Assembly (NCBI GenBank): GCA_910588435.1
Contig: CAJUPL010000001.1
Span: forward strand, 45,309-109,308
Source of the DNA: an uncultured Eggerthellaceae bacterium
GTDB taxonomy: Bacteria > Actinomycetota > Coriobacteriia > Coriobacteriales > Eggerthellaceae
Direction of reading: 5' to 3'
DNA: 64,000 nt
The notes beneath the pieces are model-generated. The model worked only from the letters and a program-made list of their open reading frames with translations, did not search any database and had not been told where the DNA came from. Positions 1-11,186 of the stretch are shown one piece after another (position 1 is the stretch's first letter; each line of letters begins with the position of its first letter). Position numbers and translations under genes: made by a program.

Positions 1-1123
1 TGAGGAGGTGATGGCCACAGAGGGCTCCATGACAGCTGACTATCTGAATGGGAAACGCGTCATCGCTTTGCCTGAGAAGAGGAGAAAGCCCAAACGTGGC
101 AAGCTGAAGCTGACAGGCGCAAAGGAGAACAACCTGAAGAACGTGACCCTTGAGGTGCCCATTGGCACTCTGACGGTGGTGACGGGCGTGTCTGGTTCTG
201 GCAAGAGCTCCCTTGTGACGGATACTCTGGCTCCCGCGCTTGCCAACAGGTTGAATCATGCGCACAAGCGCACTGGCGTGTACAGGAAGATAACCGGCTT
301 AGATGAGCTGGATAAGGTCATCAACATCGATCAGAGCCCCATCGGGCGCACGCCAAGGTCCAATCCTGCCACCTACATCGGGCTTTGGGATGACATCAGG
401 AACCTCTTCGCATCAACTGCGGAGTCCAAGGCTCGTGGCTACTCTCCTGGGCGCTTTTCCTTCAATGTGAAGGGTGGCAGGTGCGAAGCTTGCAAGGGTG
501 ACGGTCAGATAAAGATAGAGATGCACTTCCTGCCGGACATCTACGTTCCGTGCGAGGTCTGCCAAGGAAAGAGGTACAACAGGGAGACATTGCAGGTCAC
601 GTACAGGGGGAAGAGCATCGCTGAGGTCTTGGACATGACCGTAGAGGATGCGCTCCAGTTCTTCGCGAACATCCCCTCCATCAAGAGGAAGCTGCAAACG
701 CTGTTCGATGTGGGCCTTGGATACATCCGTCTAGGTCAGCCTGCTACAACCCTGTCTGGCGGTGAGGCTCAAAGGGTGAAGCTCTCTTCTGAGCTGCAGA
801 AGAGGAGCACAGGGAAGACCTTCTACATCCTGGATGAGCCTACCACTGGGCTTCACTTCGAAGACGTTCGCCAGCTTTTGGAAGTGCTGCAACGCCTAGT
901 GGATTCAGGAAACACCGTCTTGATCATCGAGCATAACCTTGATGTCATAAAGAGTGCAGACCACATAATAGACCTCGGGCCGGAAGGCGGCACCAATGGT
1001 GGCACCATCGTGGCTCAAGGAACGCCTGAGGAGGTTGCTGAGGTGGAAGGCAGCTTCACTGGCGTGTTCGTCAAGCGCGTGCTGGAAGATGCTCGTGCAC
1101 TCGTGGAGGCAGTGGAGTCCTGA
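1..1123 (+). CDS. uvrA: Excinuclease ABC subunit A, C-terminal part (5' end lies outside the window)
   Basis: Open frame runs in from the left edge. It has the second ABC domain Walker [10 protein letters not shown], Cys4 zinc module [17 protein letters not shown], signature LSGGEAQR and Walker [13 protein letters not shown]. Confidence 0.9.
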   Translation, partial: EEVMATEGSMTADYLNGKRVIALPEKRRKPKRGKLKLTGAKENNLKNVTLEVPIGTLTVVTGVSGSGKSSLVTDTLAPALANRLNHAHKRTGVYRKITGLDELDKVINIDQSPIGRTPRSNPATYIGLWDDIRNLFASTAESKARGYSPGRFSFNVKGGRCEACKGDGQIKIEMHFLPDIYVPCEVCQGKRYNRETLQVTYRGKSIAEVLDMTVEDALQFFANIPSIKRKLQTLFDVGLGYIRLGQPATTLSGGEAQRVKLSSELQKRSTGKTFYILDEPTTGLHFEDVRQLLEVLQRLVDSGNTVLIIEHNLDVIKSADHIIDLGPEGGTNGGTIVAQGTPEEVAEVEGSFTGVFVKRVLEDARALVEAVES

Positions 1124-1150
1124 CCATCGTGAAGGGGTATAATCCCCTTC

Positions 1151-1888
1151 ATGCACAAAGTGATGCGGGAAAGAATCGCCCTCGTCGTATTCCTCGTTCT
1201 AGTGCTTGCAGGAGGCATAGTCCTCACAAGCTACTTCTCTACTGGACGAGGCTGGTCTGTTGCGGCAACTGCTGTGGATGATAGCGTTGGCCAGCTTGAT
1301 GATTACGTAGCCGTGGTCTATAGCGGCGTTGCTGAAGAAGCGCCGATAGAGCCTGCTGACATCCCCGATGAAGAAGCGGATGAGGATATAGCTGCGGATC
1401 GGGAGATGGGATTGGGCCTCAAGCTATTGACGCTTGCCACAGAGGTTGGCAGTGCGGATGAGGGGCGCGTCTTCGTCTCTGACGTGAGAGAGCTGTATGA
1501 GACCAGAGGTGCCAGCGTCCTCAGCTTGGATCTCTCAGGGAATGGGTCAAGGTATGCCGCACCGCAGGTATTCCATGTTGGCAACAAGGCCATAGGCGTG
1601 TTCTCAGTGAGCGAGCGTCTTCCAAGGAAGCAGGTAGATGAGATAGTTAGCATGCTCAAGGAGGACGGAGCCACTTGCATCATCTGCATTGCTCCGCGTC
1701 CATCTCTCATCTCCACGTATGAGGGCATAGATGTTGCTCTGATAATGCAGGCAGATCATGAATACTCAGTAGAGAACTCCCCTGAGGACCTCACTGTGAT
1801 AGCGAAGTCGCCCAATGTCGGCAATGTCGGCGTGATACTGCTCACATCGAACAACATCCCCTCTACGAAATCCGTGCAATCGCTCTGA
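1151..1888 (+). CDS. Hypothetical membrane-anchored protein (one N-terminal TM helix, acidic linker)
   Basis: 245-aa ORF 28 nt after uvrA. It has an N-terminal hydrophobic helix IALVVFLVLVLAGGIVLTSYF. I recognise no family motif. Confidence 0.45.
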   Translation: MHKVMRERIALVVFLVLVLAGGIVLTSYFSTGRGWSVAATAVDDSVGQLDDYVAVVYSGVAEEAPIEPADIPDEEADEDIAADREMGLGLKLLTLATEVGSADEGRVFVSDVRELYETRGASVLSLDLSGNGSRYAAPQVFHVGNKAIGVFSVSERLPRKQVDEIVSMLKEDGATCIICIAPRPSLISTYEGIDVALIMQADHEYSVENSPEDLTVIAKSPNVGNVGVILLTSNNIPSTKSVQSL

Positions 1889-1969
1889 TGAGCGCATTGT
1901 TTCGGTGCAGTTAAATCATCGTCGCACTGAAGCTCTAGTATCTATAATCTCCTGGACGCTATCAGATGA

Positions 1970-3331
<1,362 letters not shown>

Positions 3332-3342
3332 GAGGAGAAAGA

Positions 3343-3380
3343 CGATGTTGTCCTAGGATAGATATCCTAGGACAACATCG
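3343..3380. terminator. Bidirectional terminator hairpin between convergent gdhA and the hydrolase gene
   Basis: Arms cgatgttgtcctaggata / tatcctaggacaacatcg form about 18 bp. The hairpin starts 12 nt after the gdhA stop and overlaps the last codons of the minus-strand gene. Confidence 0.55.
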
Positions 3381-3970
3381 GTATCTACAACGCGGCTGTC
3401 ATAGCAGCGCGTGAAGTAATCAAGGCCATCTTCTTGCGTGCCGATCAGGAAGGTGGCGCATGCATCTGCGGCAACCACTGTCTTATAAGTGCGGAAATAT
3501 GCACCAGCAAGCGTCTGAAGGACGCAGATGTTCGTATCGCATCCGCAGACTAGAAGCGTATCCACGCCTAGCTCTCTCAGCGTCAGATCAAGGTCTGTTT
3601 GGAAGAAGCCGTCATACCTGCGCTTGGGGATGATGAGGTCATCTTCTTGAGGCTCAAGCAGGCTCAACGGCTTAGCAGCTTCAGTGCCCCTGATCCCATG
3701 CTCTCCCCATAGCTCCAGCTCCCTGTCCAATCCGGGGATGTGAGCATCGCAGCTGAATATCACAGGGACGTTCGCATCATGTGCGGCTGAGACGATTCGC
3801 CTGCAATTCTCAGCCATATCTTCAAGGCCGGGAGTGGCTCCTTCGCTGCCTCCAAGGACATCCACCACCAATACAGCAGTCTTCGTCAGATCCACCTCGT
3901 TGGATCTCTGCCATTCGGTATCTTGTGCAACTGGTAGGTACGCCATATCCATTCCCTTCATCATCAGCAT
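3353..3970 (-). CDS. Isochorismatase-family cysteine hydrolase (nicotinamidase-like)
   Basis: Family-typical blocks are TAVLVVDV (Asp), IIPKRRYDGF (Lys) and LLVCGCDTNICV (nucleophile Cys). Several ATGs occur at the 5' end, so the start is uncertain. Confidence 0.8.
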   Translation of the reverse strand: MLMMKGMDMAYLPVAQDTEWQRSNEVDLTKTAVLVVDVLGGSEGATPGLEDMAENCRRIVSAAHDANVPVIFSCDAHIPGLDRELELWGEHGIRGTEAAKPLSLLEPQEDDLIIPKRRYDGFFQTDLDLTLRELGVDTLLVCGCDTNICVLQTLAGAYFRTYKTVVAADACATFLIGTQEDGLDYFTRCYDSRVVDTDVVLGYLS

Positions 3971-4071
3971 CGAAGCAACCCATTCTAAGGCAAGCGTACC
4001 CGGATGCCAGAAAATGGTCAGATTAGCTAGCCAGGAGCAGATCGTCTATCCAGGAATGACAGGCTGCCCTT

Positions 4072-4479
4072 TCAAAAAGAAGCGAGAAGATCTTGATCGT
4101 AGCTTGCCTCTAGGTCAGATATGAGCTTCTTGAAAGCTGGGATATATGCCCCCAGTATGCTGTTGACGATGCGAGTGGCTGCCTCTTCATCATAGACATG
4201 CTGGGCGGTATTCCTGTCATCTAGCATGGCAAGCCATGTGGCCTCGTCAATGAAGTCATAAGCAGCATATGCTGACTTGATGATGCCGCGAGGCGATCCA
4301 GTTGCAGCATCCATGCGGCCTTCATATCGAAGGGCTTTCTGAAGCAGCTTCCAAGCCAGCTCGAATTGCAGGGTGAATTTGTCGATGATGCCGCTCTTGA
4401 TGAATTCGTTCTCAAGGTCTTGCTGGGGCGCTTGTTGCAGGATCTGAAGGTTCGCCTTGTAGTTCTCGTACTTAGCCAT
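4072..4479 (-). CDS. hepT: HEPN-domain toxin, nucleotidyltransferase substrate-binding (HI0074) family
   Basis: 135 aa with the Rx4H HEPN motif in DDRNTAQHVYDE. It overlaps the upstream MNT gene by 8 nt. Confidence 0.8.
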   Translation of the reverse strand: MAKYENYKANLQILQQAPQQDLENEFIKSGIIDKFTLQFELAWKLLQKALRYEGRMDAATGSPRGIIKSAYAAYDFIDEATWLAMLDDRNTAQHVYDEEAATRIVNSILGAYIPAFKKLISDLEASYDQDLLASF

Positions 4480-4771
4480 AGATCGCAGTCCCTTCTGAAG
4501 CGATGCGGTCTCTCAATTCTGTGCTGATATCTTCTTCAAGGTTGATGAAATCGAACTGGAGCAGGGTAGGGCAATGCTCTTCCATCTGGAATTCGAACTC
4601 ATGCATATCGCCCCCCTGGATGGCAAGGTCTATATCGCTCTTCTCAGAGAAGGTTCCCGTTGCGCGTGAGCCGAACAGGATGACCCTCTCTAGCTCATTC
4701 GAGCGGGCGGTTTCTGCTATGAAGTCAAGCACTTCTCGTTTAAGGCCGAATTGCTCCATAGAGGGCTCCAA
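4472..4771 (-). CDS. mntA: Minimal nucleotidyltransferase (MNT) antitoxin
   Basis: 99 aa with the pol-beta NTase motif FGSRATGTFSEKSDIDLAI (GSx..DxD). It is translationally coupled to the HEPN gene. Confidence 0.8.
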   Translation of the reverse strand: MEPSMEQFGLKREVLDFIAETARSNELERVILFGSRATGTFSEKSDIDLAIQGGDMHEFEFQMEEHCPTLLQFDFINLEEDISTELRDRIASEGTAIYG

Positions 4772-4816
4772 TATGAAAAGAACCTGGATATGCTATCCAG
4801 GTTCGTACCATTCAAA

Positions 4817-4893
<77 letters not shown>

Positions 4894-4962
4894 GCAAATC
4901 AGCTGCTGCGAAAAGCAGCCTGAACATTATAAGCACAACATATCTCTAATACAAGCGAGAAT

Positions 4963-5985
4963 TCAGATAATCTTTGCTCCACCTAGAACGAGGTCGTCAA
5001 GATAGAGCGCGGCTGTCTGACCTGGGGCTGGTCTCACGCAGGGATCATCAAGCGCTAGCTCAGCAGAATCCCCTCCAACGGATATGGTGCAAGCAACAGG
5101 CTCCATCCTGTACCTGAGCTTTGCTTGGCAGCGCGTGCCACTGACCAGATCAGGGGAGAGCACGTTCAGCTCTGTGAGCTTGACCGAATCGTTCATGGCA
5201 TCATCCATCTTGCCCAAGATCACTTGGTTGCGTTCGATATCCTTGCCTATCACGTATGCCGGGTAACCCAAAGCCACTCCCAAGCCCTTGCGCTGGCCCT
5301 CGGTGAATAGATACGCGCCATCGTGCCCACCTAGATCGTTGCCGTCCGCATCAAGGATGCGCCCAGGTCTCATGCCTAATTCATCTTTCAAGAAATCGTT
5401 GGAAGAGCCGTTGATGAAGCAGATGTCTTGAGACTCAGTCCTTGATGCGCAAGGCAGGCCACTGTCCTCTGCGATCCTCTTGACCTCTCGTTTGGTCATG
5501 CCGCCTAAAGGAAAGCGCGCATCGGTGAGGCGTGAGAGCGGGACCCTGCTCAAGAAGTAGGTCTGGTCCTTTCGCGGGTCCCTCGCCTTGAGCAGGCGTG
5601 TGCCACTGCTGCCATGCTCCAAGCAACAGTAATGCCCTGTAGCCACCATATCACAGCCAAGGGCGTGAGCCATCTCAGCAAAGGCGTCGAACTTGATCCG
5701 CATGTTGCACTCAACGCATGGATTGGGCGTGAGTCCTGCAGCATAAGAAGCCTTGAATGGCTCGATGACCTGACTCTCGAATGCATCCTCCATCAGGAAG
5801 ACCTCATGGGGGATGCCGATCGCAGAGCATGCCTGCCTTGCATAGGCTACGTTCTCCTCGTCTGCATCAACACCAAGCGTCATCGTGGCCCCAATGCAGT
5901 CCACGCCCTCTCCCGCAAGGAGCATGGCGGCAACGCTGGAGTCAACGCCCCCGCTCATGGCTATGCAGATGCGGCCATCTGACAT
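4963..5985 (-). CDS. mnmA: tRNA 2-thiouridine(34) synthase
   Basis: PP-loop IAMSGGVDSSVAA and a conserved Cys pair are present. The ORF track extends to 6093, but the ATG at 5985 is preceded by AAGGAGAA. Confidence 0.9.
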   Translation of the reverse strand: MSDGRICIAMSGGVDSSVAAMLLAGEGVDCIGATMTLGVDADEENVAYARQACSAIGIPHEVFLMEDAFESQVIEPFKASYAAGLTPNPCVECNMRIKFDAFAEMAHALGCDMVATGHYCCLEHGSSGTRLLKARDPRKDQTYFLSRVPLSRLTDARFPLGGMTKREVKRIAEDSGLPCASRTESQDICFINGSSNDFLKDELGMRPGRILDADGNDLGGHDGAYLFTEGQRKGLGVALGYPAYVIGKDIERNQVILGKMDDAMNDSVKLTELNVLSPDLVSGTRCQAKLRYRMEPVACTISVGGDSAELALDDPCVRPAPGQTAALYLDDLVLGGAKII

Positions 5986-6098
5986 GCAGTTCTCCTTTGG
6001 CAAAATGAAGCGCGGCTCACGCTCTTTTTGTGCAATGCTATACGAAAACGAGGCTCTAAAGGCGCTGGCGTTGAGCGACTTGGGGCAGATCATGGGAC

Positions 6099-8183
6099 TT
6101 GAGAGCGGAGGTGGCTTCTCCTTTGCGGGTATTTCGCTTTCTGCGAGGGCATGTGCGTGCGGTGCTCCTTTGCGTGCTCTTGCTCATCGGTTGCGTTGCA
6201 TGCGATCTTGCCATACCAACCCTCACATCTGACATCGTGGACGTTGGCATCCAACAATCTGGCGTGGATCATGTATCCGTGGAGGAGATGTCCGCATCAA
6301 CGCATGAGGCCATAGCGAAGAGCCTTCCAGCTGACGATGACCGCCTCTTCGAAGGTGCGTACGAACAAGCTGATGATGGCATCTGGCATATGACCGAAGA
6401 GGGCTATGCGCACAGGTCAGAGCTTGACCAGCTGATAGCCGGTCCCCTCGTGAGCATCCATTTCCCAGACAAGGCGGGTGCTTTCGAGAAGGGCCCATCA
6501 GAGCTCATAGGCCAACAGGCCGTGGCAGCCGCGCTCAAAGAGTACTCGGGGCTTGGCGTGGACTTGCAGGGAAAGCAGATGAGCTATCTTGTGGGCACTG
6601 GCGCGCTGATGGTCGGGATAGCGGCGCTCAGCATGGTGCTGAACATCCTCGTAGGGTTGATAGCTGCGCGCACCGGTTCCACCATAGGAAGGGATCTGAG
6701 GAGAGGGCTATTCAGCAAGGTGGTCTCCTTTTCGGATGCAGAGATATCAGAGTTCTCGGCAGCGTCCCTGATCACAAGAGGCACGAACGACATCCAGCTC
6801 ATACAGAACGTGACCATCATGATCTTGCGCATGGTGCTATATGCGCCAATCGTAGCCATAGGCGGCATCGTCATGGTCCTCTACACGGATGCATCGCTTG
6901 GTTGGATCATCGTGGTGGCTGTTGCAGTGGTGGCGCTCGTCATCGGCGTGCTGTTCAAGGTGACAGGCCCCAAGTTCAAGATCATGCAGCCTTTGATAGA
7001 CAAGGTTAATCTCATCGCGCGTGAGATGCTCACAGGCCTTCCGGTCATCCGTGCATTCGGAAGGCAAGCCTATGAGCAGGAGCGCTTCGATGAGGCCTCT
7101 GTGCGCCTCATGAAGACGCAGCTGTTCACCAACAGGGCGATGAGCTTCATGATGCCGACGATGATGCTGGTCATGAATCTCACCAGCGTGGCAATAGTCT
7201 GGTTCGGTGGACATTACATACAAGAAGGCCTCATCCAGACGGGCGACATGATCGCGTTCATCACATATTCCATGGTCATCATCATGGGATTCCTCATGAT
7301 AGGGATGATCTCCATCATGCTCCCCAGGGCAGATGTTGCAGCTGAGCGCGTGCAGGAGGTGCTCTCATGCGAATGCGTGGTGCAAGATCCCGATGAGCCC
7401 CAATGCATGGAAGCTGAGGAGCGCGGCGCATCCATCGAATTCAAGAACGTGTCATTCCGATATCCAGGAAGCGAAGGCTGCGCGCTGGAGGATGTCAGCT
7501 TCAAGGTGGAGCCTGGTCAGACGGTGGGCATCATCGGCGGCACAGGTTCTGGCAAGTCCACCATATTGAAGCTGATGGAGCGCTTCTACGACACATGCTC
7601 TGGAAGCGTCATTGTCAACGGGGCTGATGTCAAGGACGTGAGGCAGTCGGAGCTCAGGCAGACCTTCGGATACGTTCCTCAAAGGTCATTCCTCTTCTCA
7701 GGAACGGTGGACACGAACGTTGCCTACTCTGACGAATCCATGACCGAGGCGAACGTGGAGAGAGCTGTGCGGATAGCCCAGGCTCAGGGCTTTGTGAGCG
7801 ACCGTCCAGAAGGCATGGATTCTTCCATCGCGCAAGGCGGGCAGAACATCTCTGGAGGGCAGAGGCAGCGGTTGTGCATCGCTCGCGCCATTGCATCAGA
7901 TGCGAAGGCCTATCTGTTCGATGACTCATTCAGCGCGCTTGATTACAAGACGGATTCAAGGTTGTGTCACGCCCTTGACGAGGAGCTTGCTGGTGCCACT
8001 AAGGTGATAGTGGCTCAGCGGATCTCATCCATCAGGAACGCTGACAAGATAGTGGTCATGAAAGATGGGCGAGTAGCTGGCTTCGGCACGCATGATGAGC
8101 TGATGGATGACTGCGAAACGTACAGTCATATCGCGCTCTCGCAGCTCACTGAAGCGGAGCTTGCGATGGGAGGTGATGCATGA
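6099..8183 (+). CDS. ABC exporter half-transporter (TMD-NBD) carrying the degenerate ATP site
   Basis: Six-TM exporter domain plus an NBD with Walker A GGTGSGKST and signature ISGGQRQR. Walker B is LFDDSF (Asp replaces the catalytic Glu) and the switch is AQR instead of AHR. An insert of about 120 aa sits between TM1 and TM2. Confidence 0.9.
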   Translation: MRAEVASPLRVFRFLRGHVRAVLLCVLLLIGCVACDLAIPTLTSDIVDVGIQQSGVDHVSVEEMSASTHEAIAKSLPADDDRLFEGAYEQADDGIWHMTEEGYAHRSELDQLIAGPLVSIHFPDKAGAFEKGPSELIGQQAVAAALKEYSGLGVDLQGKQMSYLVGTGALMVGIAALSMVLNILVGLIAARTGSTIGRDLRRGLFSKVVSFSDAEISEFSAASLITRGTNDIQLIQNVTIMILRMVLYAPIVAIGGIVMVLYTDASLGWIIVVAVAVVALVIGVLFKVTGPKFKIMQPLIDKVNLIAREMLTGLPVIRAFGRQAYEQERFDEASVRLMKTQLFTNRAMSFMMPTMMLVMNLTSVAIVWFGGHYIQEGLIQTGDMIAFITYSMVIIMGFLMIGMISIMLPRADVAAERVQEVLSCECVVQDPDEPQCMEAEERGASIEFKNVSFRYPGSEGCALEDVSFKVEPGQTVGIIGGTGSGKSTILKLMERFYDTCSGSVIVNGADVKDVRQSELRQTFGYVPQRSFLFSGTVDTNVAYSDESMTEANVERAVRIAQAQGFVSDRPEGMDSSIAQGGQNISGGQRQRLCIARAIASDAKAYLFDDSFSALDYKTDSRLCHALDEELAGATKVIVAQRISSIRNADKIVVMKDGRVAGFGTHDELMDDCETYSHIALSQLTEAELAMGGDA

Positions 8184-10204
8184 TGGCCAAAAGGACAGGA
8201 GAGGGCATCGTCGCATCTGAACTCCAAGAGATCAAGGCAGCTGAGCTGGATAGGCTCACAGCAGAAGAGCGAAAGAGCGTCAGGACAAAGGTTCGCATAG
8301 CCTCCTTGACTGGCTCCGGGATGAGCTCTGAGGGAGCGAAGCGGCCGCATAGGGGAGCGGGTCAGGGACCTCACGGGCCCGGGATGCATGGAGGAGAGCG
8401 TGCGAGGGATTTCTCTGGCACCATGCGCAAGATGCTCTCATTCATGGGGCAGTTCAAGCTGCATATCATCTTAGTGCTCATATTCGCCATTGGCTCCACC
8501 GTCTTCAACATCGTAGGCCCTAAGGTGCTCTCGGAAGCAACAACGGCGCTATTCGAAGGCGTCATCGCCCAGATAGGTGGCACTGGCGGAATCGATTTCG
8601 ATCTGGTTGCCAGGATCCTCATCACCACGCTCATCCTGTATCTGGTATCAGCGGCTTGCTCGTGGATCCAGAGCTGGACGATGTCATATGTGTCGCAGGA
8701 GACGTGCTATAGGCTGCGTGACGCCATAGCGAAGAAGATAGACAGGATGCCCTTCGGATACTTCGAGAAGAGCTCAACGGGAGATACTCTATCGCGCATA
8801 ACGAATGACGTTGACACGCTTGGGCAGAGCTTGAACCAAGGCGTGACGCAGCTGATCACCTCCACAGTCACCGTCATCGGCGTGATCGTGATGATGCTCT
8901 CCATCAATTGGCTCCTCACGTTGATCACCCTTGTGATGGTGCCCTTGTCCCTCATCTTGGTGAGCGTTGTTGTCAAGGCATCCCAGAAGCACTTCTACGC
9001 GCAGCAAGCGCTCTTAGGGCAAGTGAATGCGCAGACCGAGGAGACGTTCTCTGGGCATCAGATAGTCAAGGCGTTCGGGCGCGAAGATGAGACGGTCCGC
9101 ATGTTCAATGAGGCGAATGACGCCCTGTATGAGGCAGGCTGGAAGTCTCAGTTCCTCTCGGGGCTGATGAAGCCTGTCATGGACCTCATCGGGAACCTGG
9201 GGTATGTGGCTGTGGCCATAACAGGTGCCTTCTTGGCTGTTCAAGGCACGATCACAGTTGGGGATATCCAGGCATTCATCCAGTACGTGAAGAACTTCAC
9301 GCAGCCGATCACGCAGCTTGCACAAGTGAGCAACGTGCTCCAGCAGCTGGCTGCAGCGGCTGAGAGGATATTCGACTTCTTGGATCAACCAGAGATGGAG
9401 CCTGAAGCCAAGACGCATGAGGCGAATGGCCTTGAGTGCGATGTGGTCTTCGATGATGTTGAGTTCGGATATGACCCAGACAAGCCCGTCCTCAAGGACC
9501 TTGATGAGCGGGTGTCAGAAGGGCAGACCGTGGCCATCGTGGGTCCCACAGGCGCTGGGAAGACGACGATAGTCAAGCTGCTCATGCGCTTCTATGAGCC
9601 TACTAGCGGACACATCTCCATCGGCGGTGTGGACATATCAACGCTATCCAAAGACGATGAGCGCAGTCTCTTCGCGATGGTGCTCCAAGATGCATGGCTC
9701 TTCAGCGGGACCATTCGGGAGAACATCCGCTATGGAAGGCTTGATGCAACCGATGAGGAAGTGGAGGCTGCGGCGAAGCGGGCATATGCAGACCACTTCA
9801 TCACCACGCTGCCGTCCGGGTACGAATTCAGGCTGAACGAGGACGCATCGAACATAAGCGCAGGGCAGAAGCAGCTGCTAACGATAGCGCGCGCCATCTT
9901 GGCTGATAGGCGCATGCTCATCTTGGATGAGGCCACCAGCTCTGTTGACACGCGGACGGAAGCGAAGATCCAAGAGGCGATGGATAACCTGATGGAGGGA
10001 CGCACGTCATTCGTGATAGCGCATAGGCTCTCCACCATCCGCAACGCTGACGTGATACTGGTCATGGATGCGGGTCGTGTGATAGAGAGCGGAACGCATG
10101 AGCAGCTCCTTGCAAGAGGCGGACGATACGCCGAACTGTATAATTCACAATTCGATGCTGAGCCTGAAGATGACAGGCAAGGCGATGATGTGCATATGAC
10201 ATGA
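8180..10204 (+). CDS. ABC exporter half-transporter (TMD-NBD) carrying the consensus ATP site
   Basis: ATGA overlap with the upstream gene. It has Walker A GPTGAGKTT, Walker B LILDEATS, switch AHRLST and a non-canonical signature ISAGQKQ. The N-terminal extension of about 80 aa is basic. Confidence 0.9.
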   Translation: MMAKRTGEGIVASELQEIKAAELDRLTAEERKSVRTKVRIASLTGSGMSSEGAKRPHRGAGQGPHGPGMHGGERARDFSGTMRKMLSFMGQFKLHIILVLIFAIGSTVFNIVGPKVLSEATTALFEGVIAQIGGTGGIDFDLVARILITTLILYLVSAACSWIQSWTMSYVSQETCYRLRDAIAKKIDRMPFGYFEKSSTGDTLSRITNDVDTLGQSLNQGVTQLITSTVTVIGVIVMMLSINWLLTLITLVMVPLSLILVSVVVKASQKHFYAQQALLGQVNAQTEETFSGHQIVKAFGREDETVRMFNEANDALYEAGWKSQFLSGLMKPVMDLIGNLGYVAVAITGAFLAVQGTITVGDIQAFIQYVKNFTQPITQLAQVSNVLQQLAAAAERIFDFLDQPEMEPEAKTHEANGLECDVVFDDVEFGYDPDKPVLKDLDERVSEGQTVAIVGPTGAGKTTIVKLLMRFYEPTSGHISIGGVDISTLSKDDERSLFAMVLQDAWLFSGTIRENIRYGRLDATDEEVEAAAKRAYADHFITTLPSGYEFRLNEDASNISAGQKQLLTIARAILADRRMLILDEATSSVDTRTEAKIQEAMDNLMEGRTSFVIAHRLSTIRNADVILVMDAGRVIESGTHEQLLARGGRYAELYNSQFDAEPEDDRQGDDVHMT

Positions 10205-10216
10205 AAGCGAAGGCTG

Positions 10217-11059
10217 ATGATAGGTTCTGCTGACAAGGGATCCAAAAAGGCGCTTGACCACGGCCTTTGCGACGGCGTGATGGATACCTGCTCTGGTGAA
10301 AGCCTGCTGCCAAAGGGCGTGATCCGCGTCACCCCGGAAGCCCTAGCCTCTGAGAGGCTCCTTGCGAAGGGCTTCCATCCAACTCAGGATGCTCCTGTGA
10401 AGATCGCGGCCTTTGATTTCGACGGCACATGCATCTCAGGGTCATCTCCGAAGAAGCTGGTCAAGCGTCTGACCCGCCTTCGCAGGCTGTCTCTCTACAA
10501 GCTCATCCGCATCGGCGTTTGGGGCTTGGCCTACAAGATGAACAAGCCACGTGACGATGAGGGTGTTAGAGGACGCGTCTTCTCGGCGTTCGCAGGGCTC
10601 CCCGCGCTCAAGGTGAACGAGCAGCTCTGTGAATTCTATGCGAATGCGATAGACCCTCTCTTCCGAATGGAAGCGGATGCCTGCATGTTCGCGCATCTTG
10701 AGCAAGGACACGCAGTGGTGGTGATCTCAGCCAGCTTCGAGCCGATGATAGCCTCTGCCATGACATTCCATCCCATCCAGTTCGCCATGGCATCCAGGAT
10801 GCACATAGACGAGAATGGGTGCTACACGGATCAGGTAGAGGGGTTGCCTACAGAAGGCCCGGCGAAGGTGGAGGTCCTTCGCACCTTCGCGGACGCTTAC
10901 TTCGGTGAGGGCATGTGGGAGCTCGGTTGGGCATACGGGGATCATTATTCTGACTTGGAGCTCTTGCAAGAGGCAGAGCATCCATGTGCGGTGACGCCAG
11001 ACAAGAAGCTAGAGGATCATGCCCGGAGCGCCGGTTGGGAGATAGCTGACTGGGTCTGA
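10217..11059 (+). CDS. HAD-IB family hydrolase (phosphoserine-phosphatase-like)
   Basis: HAD motif I AAFDFDGTCISG, a cap-domain helix bundle and the C-terminal motif AYGDHYSDLELL. The start is uncertain. Confidence 0.75.
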   Translation: MIGSADKGSKKALDHGLCDGVMDTCSGESLLPKGVIRVTPEALASERLLAKGFHPTQDAPVKIAAFDFDGTCISGSSPKKLVKRLTRLRRLSLYKLIRIGVWGLAYKMNKPRDDEGVRGRVFSAFAGLPALKVNEQLCEFYANAIDPLFRMEADACMFAHLEQGHAVVVISASFEPMIASAMTFHPIQFAMASRMHIDENGCYTDQVEGLPTEGPAKVEVLRTFADAYFGEGMWELGWAYGDHYSDLELLQEAEHPCAVTPDKKLEDHARSAGWEIADWV

Positions 11060-11186
11060 TGGTGCGTTTGCGGTTTTAGCATGTGCATTGGGATGTCAAA
11101 CGTATGTTCCCATCATCTGCTGTCTGCCTAATATAGAATAGGCGCAAAAGAGAAGACGCGCATCTGATTGCATGAGAGGTTCGGAT

